64,000 nt of DNA from Geosiphon pyriformis uo1 (Eukaryota > Fungi > Glomeromycota), in the NCBI GenBank assembly GCA_016748015.1, contig JAAOMT010000200.1:60984-124983 (forward strand), written 5' to 3'. Below are positions 24,520-37,000 of the stretch, piece by piece. The first letter of the stretch is position 1; the number at the start of each line of letters is the position of its first letter. Both the position numbers and the translations under genes were made by a program. Below the pieces are notes generated by a model. The model was given only the letters and a program-made list of their open reading frames with translations. It ran no database searches and had not been told where the DNA came from.

Positions 24520-27233
24520 ATGACAGTGAGAGTCATGTCAAAAAATTCAAGTATTTTCTTTTCCAGTTTTTTGGAAACTTTACATTTAGCTAGCTGTAAG
24601 TTGGGTATGACTAAAGCTCAAAATTTCAAGGTGTTCTCCCTCTAAATTCTGACTGAATTACGTCTTTGTTACTATTAAAGGGTTTAAAAAATGGCATCGA
24701 CCTTACCACACTCATGCTGCTCTTACAGCGAGACGTTATGGACAGCCGACCTTTATGACACATCCTCACTTAATTAAAAGGAGTGAAAGTGAGGATTTCC
24801 TCGTAGATTCCAAGTCTTTTCAAAGCTTTAAATCAAAGCCTTGGTCAATCTAACTTGGAATTTTATAGTCACACCTGGGATCTCTTCAGTGGAATATGAG
24901 CTTCGAAGAACGCACCTCCTCGAAAGCCTTCCAACCAATAGTGTCGCAATATCATTGGGCTATCGAACACGTTACATGTCAAACAAAGTATTGTTCGTAT
25001 GAATTGCTTTAATTGGGTGGCATTCGCTCTGAGAATGAGATCTTTTTTTCGGGATTATTTGACCCGAAGCAGGCAGGACCTTTCAACGACACCAATCAGG
25101 CTGAGTCTTCACGGCGCAGAGTTTATAACTAATCATATCTTTGCTGAAATCTCACAGCTATCCTTTCCATCAAAACACTGACTTTTTTTATTTATGTGGT
25201 AATAATGTGGCATAAAATCTCAGAATTTCGCAAACGCTCATTTGCAAATAATATTAGTTTCATTCCTATTTCTTCTTTTCCAGGCTTTAATGAACCTGAT
25301 GCGGCCCTGATCTTAGGTAAACTTTATTTATATAATGAATCCACCAGTAAATGAATAAAAATCTTTTATCAATATTAATTGATTGAAAATTCGATATAAT
25401 GAAAGAAAAGAACAACAGCCCTAGGGGATATAAAATGACCATGTTTGTTTTACCAGAGAACCCCGAACTGGAGAGATGGGACGGAAGTCGGACAGGGCTT
25501 AATGGTGCAATTGATCTTTTTGGCGCGGATGAAGTAATATGTATAACAGAGCCTTTGTATTAAGAGTATATTTGTAATCATTTATTATAATTATGAAAAT
25601 TCTTATTATTTTGTAGGCAATTGAATCTTCAAAATTTGTCTCAAAGCTTAAGGAAATTATCAAGAAATATAATAAAATCTATATTGATTTGCCACCAAAG
25701 ACGAGTATTCTTTCGCCTGAGATTGCCCAAAAGATTTTCCGACTGCCTGGTATTCCGTGTTTGCCATCGTTTTTTGTATCTCTATTCAACACATGGCGAA
25801 AATCTTTTGATAAAATAATCCAGCGCTCATCATTGGGTCCCTTTACCGGATTACTATCTTTTCAAACCAAAGCTAATGAAGTAATATCGTTGAGCCGGTT
25901 AGTTCAGAATTTGAGAACAATTAAAAGTGATTCCGAGATAAAATTAATGAGGGAGGCTGGTGAAATCACTGGGAAATCATTTTTGGAGGTATTTGTTGTC
26001 TATAAATTTATAGATTTTTATTACCTCTTTTATTCATGGTCGCTTTGTAATTTCTACATAGACAATGAAGTTTACAAATCCTGGAATATCTGAACGTCAA
26101 ATATATGCCAAGATCGATTACGAATGCCGAATTCATGGTGCAGAGTACTTGGCCTATGTGCCCGTTGTAGCTGGTGGAATTAATGCGTTAACTTTACATT
26201 ATGTTAAAAATGATATGCCGTTACGGTAAAGTAAAAACTCTCGACCTTTTTGCTTCCAAATAAGAGATGCGTCTTTTTTTTCGGCTTCATTATAACTTTA
26301 AAAATTCTTCAATATATAGTGAAGGTGATTTGTTACTAGTCGATGCAGGAGGTGTAAGTAACTTAGTTATAAAATCAACCCATTAAGTTTTTTTTATTGC
26401 TTTTAAATTGCTTATCATAAGTTAATACTTACTGGTTTCAGGAATACCATGGTTACGTAAGTGATGTTACTCGAACTTGGCCCGTAAATGGAAAGTTCTC
26501 TCAGGCCCAAAGGGAGTTATACGCAGCTGTTTTGAATGTTAATAAAAGCTGTATTAAGGTGTGAATTTATTTATAGTTAATGTCTGTTGATACCCAACCT
26601 TTTCCTTCTAATTGGCATTTTATGATGGTGACAATTTAGCTCTGCAATGAAAAACAAAATATATCTCTAAATGGAATACATGATGTCTCAGTTAGAATTA
26701 TGAAGGAAGAGCTGTTGAAACTCGGATTCCAACTTACTGATGGAGTGCGTACTTGACGGATATTTAGTGAAGAGTTTTAATTTGTTATAGTATTTTTTGG
26801 GAAACATATGTTTCAAAGCTCGAATCTTTGATTTTTTATTTATAACTCCTTATTTTGCTCATATAGGAGTTTGATCGAATATTATATCCCCATCATGTAG
26901 GTCATTACCTAGGACTAGACGTGCATGACACACATAATATGGATCGTTCGCGACGACTTAAATCCCGAATGGTTATAACAATTGGTAATATATATCTTGA
27001 AATATAATTCACATATCCTCATAATCTGATAATTTTAAACTCCTTGCTCACCCTATCATGAACATACAGAACCTGGAATTTATGTTCCAATAAATAATTC
27101 ATATCCAAAAAAATATCAGGGCCTTGGTATTCGAATTGAGGATAATGTATTAATTGGAGAAACCGAGCCTGTCGTATTGAGCGCCTCCGCACCAAAAGAA
27201 ATCGAGGAAATAGAGTATTACATGAAATTGTGA
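24520..27233 (+). CDS. ICP55: Mitochondrial intermediate cleaving peptidase 55 / Xaa-Pro aminopeptidase 3 (M24B), multi-exon
   Basis: Spliced [28 protein letters not shown]; [14 protein letters not shown]; [16 protein letters not shown]; DAGG|[14 protein letters not shown]; [15 protein letters not shown]; TI|EPGIY; GIRIEDNV. Stop TGA at 27233. Exact start codon (24520 or 24535) uncertain. Confidence 0.93.
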
Positions 27234-27520
27234 GATTATGAGTAGTGTATTTTATAAAAAAAACTGCGACACAAATGTTTAAAGATGTTTTGATTAATGG
27301 ATCTTGGGTGCGCAAAAATTAAATCAATTTAACCAACTTAAAGTTAGTTAATGCCAAATTCAAAAGTTACGTATTTTACATTCTTACAATTTGTTTTTAA
27401 AATTTACATCAAAATTTGAAACGACTGTATGAACATAATATATTATAATGTTAAATTTTACATTTTATATATTTTTTTAATTAAAAAACAATAAAGCTAT
27501 TTAGCTTCTTTTGTATTTTT

Positions 27521-28500
27521 ATGACCACAACCAGAGTAAAAAGTAAAAAAGAAGCAAATGTAACTTTTTTTGTGGTTTTTTCTCAGTACAACCACTTTTA
27601 AAGTTCTTTTTATTGTGAAAAGAATAAAACAGCATTTTATTAAAATGTTCTTTTTAAATAATATAAACACAAAATAGTCTTTGGCTGTTATAAGAGCACT
27701 TTTTTTGGCTTTGAGTAAAAGTTTTTTTTATTCAAAGTTTTTAAAATTGTTGTTATTATTACAAAAAGTTTTAAAATCTTTAAGTTTTTTTTAAAAAACA
27801 ATTTTATTGATTTTTTTAAATATCTCTAAAATTTTTTTTTTTGGTGTTTTTAAAGTATTTTTTTAACTTTAAAGTTTACTTTTTTTTTGTAAAAAATAAG
27901 TATTGGCTTTTTTTGGTTTTTTAATATTTTTATCAATCTTGTTACAACAATACTAATTGTAATATTTTATTTTATTTTAATTATAAACAATAATTTTTTT
28001 TATCTTAAATAATAATAATAACAACATATTTATTAAAATTAATTTAAATTAATACATAATTGTTTAATATATTAATTTTTACTAGTTGTAAAAACAAAAC
28101 AAATCATATTTTTGTATATAAATTTAATCAATTAACTTGTTAAATTACTTAATTACAAATATTTAATTAATAAAATAAAAACCAAATTTTTTTAAAATCA
28201 TTATTAATTATTAAATCAATATAAAATTAAACAATATAAGTTTTTTCTATAAAGTTTATATTTAAAGTTTTTTAATATTATTTACAAAATTAATTTTGTT
28301 AAATTAATTTTATTTTTTATTTTTAAGATTGTAAAATCTTTTATAATATTTGTTTTTGTTTTTATTTTTGCTATTATAAATTTTTAAAATATTTTATTAA
28401 TATTTTTTATTAATAATATCAAAATTGTTTTTAATATTTTTGGTAAAATTATAAATATTAAATTAAATTATAATAATTTATAATAATAAAAAATTTAAAA
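27521..28500 (+). pseudogene. Extremely AT-eroded transposon-derived relic, possibly a LINE ORF1 5' region
   Basis: An ATG ACC ACA ACC AGA GTA AAA AGT AAA AAA start is followed by T-rich sequence with the same strand skew as the two LINEs. No diagnostic motif is readable. Confidence 0.3.
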
Positions 28501-28739
28501 ACTTTTTTCTCTTCTTCATCCCAAAAAAAAATTAAAAAAGTTTTTTGAAGGAAGTTTTTTATCATTCAGTATGATAAATTCAAACCATTTTTACTTAATT
28601 ATAAGGTTATTGTTAGTTCTAGTGTTATTGTCATAAAAAAGGCTGTTGTTACAATTCAAGAATTTAATAGGAATTATAAATAATATAAATTAGCCAATCA
28701 TAAAATAACACAGTAACAATTTATAAAAAAAAATGATTT

Positions 28740-28870
28740 ACAAATAACAGCAAATACTACTATGCAATAGCAACAAGCACTATTTTACAATAGCAGTAAG
28801 CATTATTTTATAATAGCAGTAAGCACTATTTAAAAATAACAGAAATAAAGTATTATAAAACGTTATTTTG
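28740..28870. repeat. Degenerate ~23-bp minisatellite (AATAGCAGTAAGCACTATTTTA-like)
   Basis: Three clear units and two more degenerate ones are visible. Confidence 0.75.
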
Positions 28871-30736
28871 TAAAACAATAATTATATATATATACAATAG
28901 TTTTTAATAATGAAAAATAAAACAGCTTCAACTTGAAGCAACAAATATCTAAATAAAATCTTATTCAAAAAGAATTAATAAAAATAATAAATTGAATGAA
29001 CATCACAATTATAAGATTAACAATAGAATTCACATATCTTTTCTAATAAATGAAACTATCATTCCATCTTTGAACTCTTTGGAAGAATAATCTCTGATCA
29101 AAATTATTCACGTGGTTATTAATTAAATTAAAAAAGCTTTATTATATACTTAGAGAAATTGCGAAAAGGCCATTAACATTCCATGTTTTTAGATTAAAAA
29201 AACACATTAGGCAATTGCAAAGATAGCCTCAGAGAAGATCTTAGACAGTAAGTAGATTTCAGATTAGCCTCTGAGAAAAAGTACACAACATACAAAGACA
29301 ACTAGAATTAAAGAGAAGATTTACATCACAACATCAAAAGAAAATCTTCAGTATATTATTATTAATATTTAACACATAAAAATCAAGAAACTTATGAAAA
29401 ACTGATTGCAATTAAAACGGGATATCAACAATTAAAATATACCAAAAAAACATTCCCATAATACTGTTAAGAATTTTGGCTTTAGTAATGGTTTTGAAGC
29501 TATTTTGTTAAGAAAAAAAAGAAGAAGTGGTGTTCTGGAAAATAGTATTAGTGGCAAAAAAGATTCGGCTAAGGTTTAAAGTGATCATTTATAGAGTTCA
29601 GAGACTAATAACATCATTGAATCTAACAGTATTAATATAGAAAAGAAATATCTGATTGAAAAGACCAGTTTTGATTATGGTAAAAATAGTGTTTTTGCTT
29701 ATAGAGATTCTAATTAAATATCTAAAAGTTTATGTATCAAAACTAAGAAAGCATTAGGTAAGCCATTAAGAAAAATTAATTTCTCAGGTAATAATAATGA
29801 TAATAATGTTCTTTTGGATGCTTTGCTAAAACTCTTCTCTCTCTTAAAAAATTTGATTACTGTCTCTATTCATAAATTTTTCACTTTAAATATTGAATTA
29901 GATAAAGTTGCTGGAAAAACATCTCAAGAAAAATACATGATAATTAAGAAATTATTTTTAGGAATCAATGGTTTTAGAAGGGCATTTACCTTTTTAAAAT
30001 TTGCTGGAATCATTAAAGCAATGTTTACTTCTGAATTAAGTTTGGTATAGGCTTTTAAAAAGACTACTAGTGTAAAGATCTTGGTAAATACTAATCTTAA
30101 AAAATATACTGGGTGTTCAAATTAGACTGTAGTGGTGAAAAAAATTCCAGTTGGAACATTGGCTAAGGCTGTACAGACTGTGCTGTTTGAGTTTGAGATA
30201 ATTAAATTGATCAAAATACAATTGGTAAAACTTTGGCAAAAGGCTGTAATTGAGTTTAAGCATTTAGATTATGCCAATTTGGTTACAGTCAAATAGTCTA
30301 TCTTAATTGGAAAAGATGCTATGTGAGTTGCTAGAGCTGACTTAAACAAAAAAACATAGGGCACAAAGGATTGTTATAAGACACTGCTCTATACTCTGCC
30401 AATGGGAACTAATGCTTATAACATATAGGATTTTATTAGTTCTATTGATGAGAAAACATGTGTTATCGATCATTATTAGGTTTCATATATTTAAGCCAGA
30501 TATGCTATTGTTTGTTTTGACTCTACTGAGTCATTAAATGCTGTTATAAGAATCACACTAGTGCTTAGGGGTGCCAATTTGTACTGGTCTTGTTTGATTT
30601 TTGCTAAGTATACCAAGTGTAAAAATTTGGGTCATACATCTTTGGACTGTGCAGTTGGTGAAAAATTTCTTTCTAATACTTTACCACATTGAGTCTTTTC
30701 AGAGGCAGATAAAAGCAGGCTGGCCATTATTTATGC

Positions 30737-31705
30737 TGTTACCGGAAGTTTTTGGTCTCTTTTTTTAAATGTTGTTAATGTCTGTTTGTTGTAAATTCAC
30801 GTTTTCTAGAAGTAGTTGAACCTCCAATAACTGAATTTATCTTCAAATTATCTCCTATAATTTGAACTGCTGGGCTTATGAGTGGAATGGCCAATTCCGT
30901 GCCAGTTGCTTTGTGTAGTTATGTTGTAGTAAACGTCAACTTTTTTCCAAGAATTGCTCATCTGGAAGCTCACTAAGAATGTGTAGTTACTTTGCTGTAA
31001 AAGTCAACTCTTCTACAGGAATCTCGTCTGTAGGCTACCCTAATAATTATGATGAGAAAGAAAGAAATGTAAAAGAAATGTAAAAGAAATAAGATTTTAT
31101 CAAGAGAAACGTTTTCTATCCAGACCTAGAGTCACTAACAGCTTATTAAAATTGGTAGCTAATCAATTTCAAAAACGTTAGTTGTGTTTGAGGGAATTTC
31201 AAGTGTAATAATTTTGAGGATTTGGTTTTCGAATATTTAATTTTTATTTGATTTTGTAAAAAGTGATTTGTTTCAATTAAGATATCTAAAGTAAGATACT
31301 ATGATAAGATATGGAAAGGATACATTTTCTTGAAGAGAGAAGCTCTTCTTTTATACAACTTGTTGTAGTACTATTCTTGAACTTGCACTTTTCTTTTTTT
31401 TCAATTTGGGTGAACTAAAGATACATTTCGGCGAATTTACAAGTTATTTCACTGAACTATTGATTATTTCGGCAAATTTTCATTAATTTCGGCGAATTTT
31501 GACTATGTTAAATGGTTCAAGGTATTGTGTAATTTGATCATCTTAATTTCTAGAGTACAAATCGGATTATTGATTGAGTAATAATATTTGATAATTTGAT
31601 TAAATAATAAGTGATAATCGAAATGATAATAATATATGCTGATTAATAATAGGAATTATAAGGGTAATTTCATGCTAATTAATAGCTAAAATTCTACTGA
31701 TAACA
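30737..31705 (-). repeat. 3' LTR of element A (969 bp)
   Basis: Near-identical to 39744-40568; adjacent PPT; TATAAAAG on the minus strand near 31350. Confidence 0.95.
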
Positions 31706-32393
31706 TAATTTCCTCCTCAAGACTGAGCTCTATCGAAGTCCAAGCACTATCTGTGATGTTAAGATAGTGGTCCAAGATAATTGAAGTGATCTGGTCTGAA
31801 AATTGTTGAAATTTCAGTTCTGTGAGTTTTCCAATGTATTGAATCTTTATTGGATGGAGTATTGGATTTTGTAGAATGTTTTTACAAGTGTTGAATAAAT
31901 CATAGAGTCTAAATGCTGCTCTAAGTTTGTAGCGAGTGTTTGTTGGTCCAGCTGCTGTCTTGAATTCATTGTGAATTTGTTTTTGTATAGTCTTAGGAGT
32001 GATGTTGGTTGCTTCAAGTTCCAGTTTTCGTTCATAAAGTGTTTTTCCAATATGAAAATATCTATATATAAGGGTATGTTCATTGTTCTGTTCATTAAGA
32101 AGTAGTAGAAGTTTTTGTTGCATTGTGGCATTTGGTGGAATGTTAATAGGAGCAATTGAAAGATTTTCTTCTAGTGCTTGCTTCAAAAGTTCTGGTAACC
32201 TATTTCCAAAGTAACCTTTTGTCTTTCTTCTATAAGAGTGATAGTTCTGAAAATTATTTACTATTGAGGCTGTGGTTTCTTTCTGAATGTAATTAATTTA
32301 ACTTCCATTAATCATTATGGACAAATCAGAAAGTGTTTTTAAAGTTAACATTAATTTTTGGGATATTTTTTGAATATTTTGGGGAATAATCAT
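31686..32393 (-). pseudogene. Gypsy accessory ORF3 of unknown function (~235 aa, one internal stop), overlapping PPT and U3
   Basis: ATG at 32393 is in frame with ORF 31686..32186; clearly homologous to 60782-61501. Confidence 0.8.
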
Positions 32394-32565
32394 GATAAAA
32401 ATGACTAATTAATAACAAAGTTTAAAAAAAATAAAGAAAATTATTTTTGGATATAGGGTTTTTATTTGTTTTTGGGTTTTAAATGTTTTCTTTATAATTA
32501 TTTACTATTTTTTATTTATTTATGTTTTGTGGTTTATATAAAAAATATTGTAAAATTATGTTGAA

Positions 32566-33951
32566 TTAAGTGTTCAAGTTTGGTTGTTGTTCTATTATAA
32601 TTATTGGTTCTAAATTTCGGAGAATATTTTCAGGATTAATTAAAGGAGAATGTGTACCAATTTGTGGAATTAATGGTTCAGGATTGTTTCTGGAATGATA
32701 GTGTTTCAATCTATTTCCATGTGCAACTTTTGCTAGTACTTTGTTATCAAGTCTTAACTTATATGATCCATTGTCTAAAATTTTGTGAATATAAAATGGT
32801 CCATCTTATTTGTTTTTAAATTTTCCATTCCATTGTTTTTCAGCCTTAATTTTGTGTAAAAGAACTTTATTTCCAACTTTAAATTCGTTGGTTATGGGTG
32901 GTAATTTGTTGTTATGTTTTTCTTTTTGTTGAGCTTGGGAATGTTCAATATGAGTTGCTGCTATCTTTTTTTTTTCTTCCAGTGTACTAAGAAGAGTGTA
33001 GGCCTTTCTTTGGAGTGTTTCTTGAAAGTTTTTTTCATTAATTAGTTGTACTGAATATGTTTTTACTGTGAAATTAATTGGTAGTATTGCTGTCCTTCCA
33101 TAAATAAGATCAAATGGTATGTGTTTTGTAGTATCTTGTTTTAATATTCTGTATGCTAGTAACACTGATGGAATAAAAATATCTCATTTCTGCTCAAAAT
33201 CTGTTGAGACTTTGGCTAAAGATTCACACAATGTTCTGTTGAAATGTTCTACAAATCCATTTGTTTGAGAGTAATAAGGTAATAATAGAGATCTTTTAAC
33301 CTTAAATTGTTTACAAATTTTTTGTATCAAGTTGTTCACAAAATATGTTTCTTGATTAGATAAAAGTTCAATTGGGCATCTATGTCTACAAATAATGTCT
33401 TCATAGATGAAATTTGCTACTAATTTTGCATTTGCTCTTTGGATGGCTCTAGCTTCAGGCCATTTGGTGAGATAATCTACTGCTACTGCAATATAGCAAT
33501 TTCCTTGGATTGTAATAGGTAATGGTCCGACTAAATCAATTTCAACTCTGTCAAAAAGTTGTCCAACTTTGATTGGATTTAAAGGTTCTGTGGGGCGAGT
33601 TTCTCCTCTTCTTTGACAACTATTACAGAATTCTACATATTGTTGAATGTTTTTTTGCATATGAGGCCAAAAATAATGTTCAAGAGTTCTTTGAATTGTT
33701 TTATTTCTTTCCAAGTGTGCTGAAGACGGATCTGTGTGCATGTTGTATAAAATTGTTTTTTTTTCATTCTCTTGTACTAATTTGAGTGGTTGGTTTGGGT
33801 TTCTGTGATTTTTATAATAGATTTTGTTATGGTGTATGAAATATTGTTTTGATTGGTGTTGTAAACAATGTTTTTCACTTGGAGACCAGTTTTCTGGTAT
33901 AGTAAGAGTCTCCAAATAATTTTTAAGATTGCTGTAATTTCTGGGATCCAT
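32566..33951 (-). pseudogene. Gypsy integrase in its own ORF (462 codons incl. stop; internal decay stops)
   Basis: HTDPSSAH...CNSC; IDLVGPL; NGFVEHFN; DGPFYI; ends NLNT-TAA; no chromodomain. Confidence 0.88.
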
Positions 33952-34008
33952 TTTTGTTTGGTTATTTTGTTGGTAGGTTAGTAAGTTATAGTGGAATTGT
34001 TGTCAGTA

Positions 34009-37000
34009 TTAATTTTGTCTCATTCTTGAGAGGCTATTAACATTGGTATATAGTTTTCCTGGTTTGTGGTGTATAATGTATCTGTAATCTGCTAGGAAGT
34101 CATTCCATCGAGACTGTTTGGCACTTTGTTCAGTTTTCTTTTTATTAAGCCATTTGAGACCAATATTGTCAGTTATTATGTCAAATTCTTTTCCATTCTT
34201 CAGGTATTGTTGAAAGTGTTTAAAAGCCCAGATAACTGTGGCAGTTTCTAATTCAATTGAGCCACAGAAAGATTACAGACAATTAATTAAACAAGAATGG
34301 GAACAAATAAAAGAATGATTAAGAACTTATATTTAAGTTCTGTTGGCTTGAGAGTTCTACTAACATAAGCAATGACTTGTTCCTGCCCATTTTCGTCCAA
34401 TTGTGATAGAATGGCACCAAATGCTATATGTGAAGCATCAGTGGCTAGTTGAAATCATTTGTTAAAATCTAGATAGACAAGAATTGGGACTGTTGTTAAT
34501 TTTGTCTTGAGAGTGTCAAATGCTTTTTGTTGTTCTTCTGTCCATTTGTATGGCACATTTTTGTTGGTGAGATAATTAAATAGTTTGGCAATTTCTGAGA
34601 ATCTCTTTATGAATTTCCAATAGTATGAGGCTAATCTTACAAATTTTTTTAGTTCTGTGGTATTTTTGGGAGTTTGGAAGTTTTTGACAGCACTAATTGT
34701 TTCAGGGTTTGGTTTGATTCTATCTTTGCTCACAATGTGCCCAAGAAAAATTAAGCTTGTTTTTCCAAAGTGACATTTCTCAATATTTAACTTTAATCCT
34801 GCTTTTTGTAATCATTGAAAAACTTTTCATAGGTAAATAAGGTGGGCTTCAAAGCTTGGTAAGTATACATCAATGTCATCAAGATAAACAACCACTAATT
34901 GCCACAAGAGTCCTTCATATACAACATCCATAAGTCGTTAAAATGTTGCTGGTGCATTGCAGAGTCCAAAAGGCATAACATTAAACTCATAGTTTTTTTC
35001 TTGAGTGGTGAATGCTGTTTTGGGTTTATCTTTTGGGTCCATTTCGACTTGCTAGTATTCACTTTCCGGGTCTAAAGTTGAGAAGAACTTGGCTTTTTTT
35101 AGAGCATCTAGCATGTCATCAATTCTTGGAAGAGAGTAGACATCTCCAATTATAACACTATTCAGTTGTCTATAATCAACACAGAATCTGATTTTTCTGT
35201 TTTTCTTTTTAACTAAAACTACTGGTGAGGCCCAAAAACTTCTTGATGGTTGAATCAATCCGTTATTGAGCATTCTTTGGATCTTTTCTCTAATGAATTG
35301 GTGGCTGGCAGGTGAGACTTGATAAGCTTGTTGACATTTTGGTGGAGCATCTCTTGTATGGATCTGATGTTGAACAATATCCGTTTTTCCCAGGTTATTG
35401 TTGTCTTTTGCAAATATATCTGCAAATTCAGCTATCAATTGTTTCAATTGTCTTTGTTGTTGAGGTTCTAAGGGACTCATGTTGATTCGAGAAAGTTTTT
35501 CTTCCAAAAAATAGTAGTTTTCATTAGTAGAACTGATATTTGGATTTGAAAGTAGAGTGTGTCTTACAATTTCGATGAAATTAGAGACAATTTGAAAGTT
35601 TTTATCTTGAAAGATATTGCTGTGTATGATTTCAATTTTTAATTTGTTTAATAAGACAATAGGGTAATTATTGGGATTGTAGAATGTAACTCAAAATTTT
35701 TTCATTCTTTTGGGAATATAAATATTTGGAATTAATATTTTATGCTTCAAACAAATTTGTTCATTGGATTCAAAGATTTGTTGGGTAGTAATGGATTTTA
35801 AGCAAGTGTAAATTTCATGATATTCTTCAAAAAGTGAAATAGTAATTGGTTATGGAAGTTGAAGAATCTGGTAAAATTCATTTTGTATATTAAGGACTAT
35901 GTTTACTGGAACTGTAAATCATCCAGTTGAACCAAAATCTTGCATTCCTCTTTCACTTTTTCCCAATTGTTCTCTGTTGTTAACTGATTGTAGACCCGAA
36001 ATATTAATTAAGAATAGGTAAATTGCTTGAGCAATTTTTTCAGCATGTTCAATCTTGAATAATTTGTCTGTTTCATTCTGCAACATAATGGTAATGTCTC
36101 CAGTGTATTCTGCATCTATAACTCCTCTTCTAATATTAATTCCTTTGCTTGCCAATGATGATTTGGAGGCAATTTGAACCATTGCTCCTGGTGGTATTTC
36201 AAAAGCAATTTTGAGATTGATTTTTGTCAAGAACTTTGGTTAGAGAACCAAAGTATCTTTTCCTGGGTATCTTAGATTATATTCAGCATCAATTTCGTGT
36301 GCTTTTTCTGGTCTGATTCCTTGGCCATGGTTGTCGAAATATTTAAGTTGTAGAGATGGTTGCTTTTCAAGAAGATAAATGGAGATGGTTAGTAGTTTTT
36401 CTACTAGTTCAGATACTCCAAATTCGATTTTATTTTCATCATTCTCATTTAGCAGAGGAATGCTAAGAGCATAGCATTCTAAACACCATTGGTCATCACA
36501 AGGCATGATGCATTCTTTACACAATTGAATGTTTATTTGCTTTAATCATTGAATTTGAGCTTCTTTGGTCAGATATGTGTGGCTTGGAATTTGGTGATAT
36601 GTTTCTGCTTCATCTTCATAATCAAATCCAGCTAATTCTATGGTGTACTCAATGTATTCAGCTTCTTTTATTTGGCATACATCTTCTTGGGTGGCTCCAT
36701 TGATTAAAGCTATTGCTAAGTCAAAAATCATTTCAGCATTATGTGGGTAATAGTATAGTTTGTTGAGAGCACTATTGTATACTGCATTAAATGATATTCC
36801 TCTTTTCACTTTTTCCAAGATTGCTAGAGCATATTGGCAGGTTTGGCCACAAACTTCTCCTCTCATTGCAACATTAATCCAGTTGTATTCTTCTGGTAGT
36901 ATATCTCCACATGTAAGACAAAGAGTGTTGTCCCATTTTCCACTCCTTTTAGGATATCCAAATCGTTTTTTATGGCATGTTTTATAAAAGTAGCAGATAT

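Noticed and set aside
6640-27233. Functional cluster of mitochondrial proteases (Lon and ICP55)
   Set aside because: Separated by four unrelated genes; proximity is plausibly chance without synteny data.
28990-29460. Possible decayed ORF upstream of the LINE
   Set aside because: Looks codon-like but has many stops and no recognisable motif; cannot be assigned.
30760-31050. Long protein-like reading (PTDEIPVEELTFTAK...) through the U5-side of the LTR as a true gag extension
   Set aside because: Several in-frame stops are shared by all LTR copies, so they were probably ancestral; the twin hairpins explain the region better.
31310-31330. GTATCCTTT on the minus strand as a U12 5' splice site
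   Set aside because: Not conserved in the other LTRs (GTATCTT), part of a short tandem unit, and no U12 branch site was found.
31686-32393. ORF3 as an env gene
   Set aside because: No visible signal peptide, fusion peptide or TM anchor, and too short.
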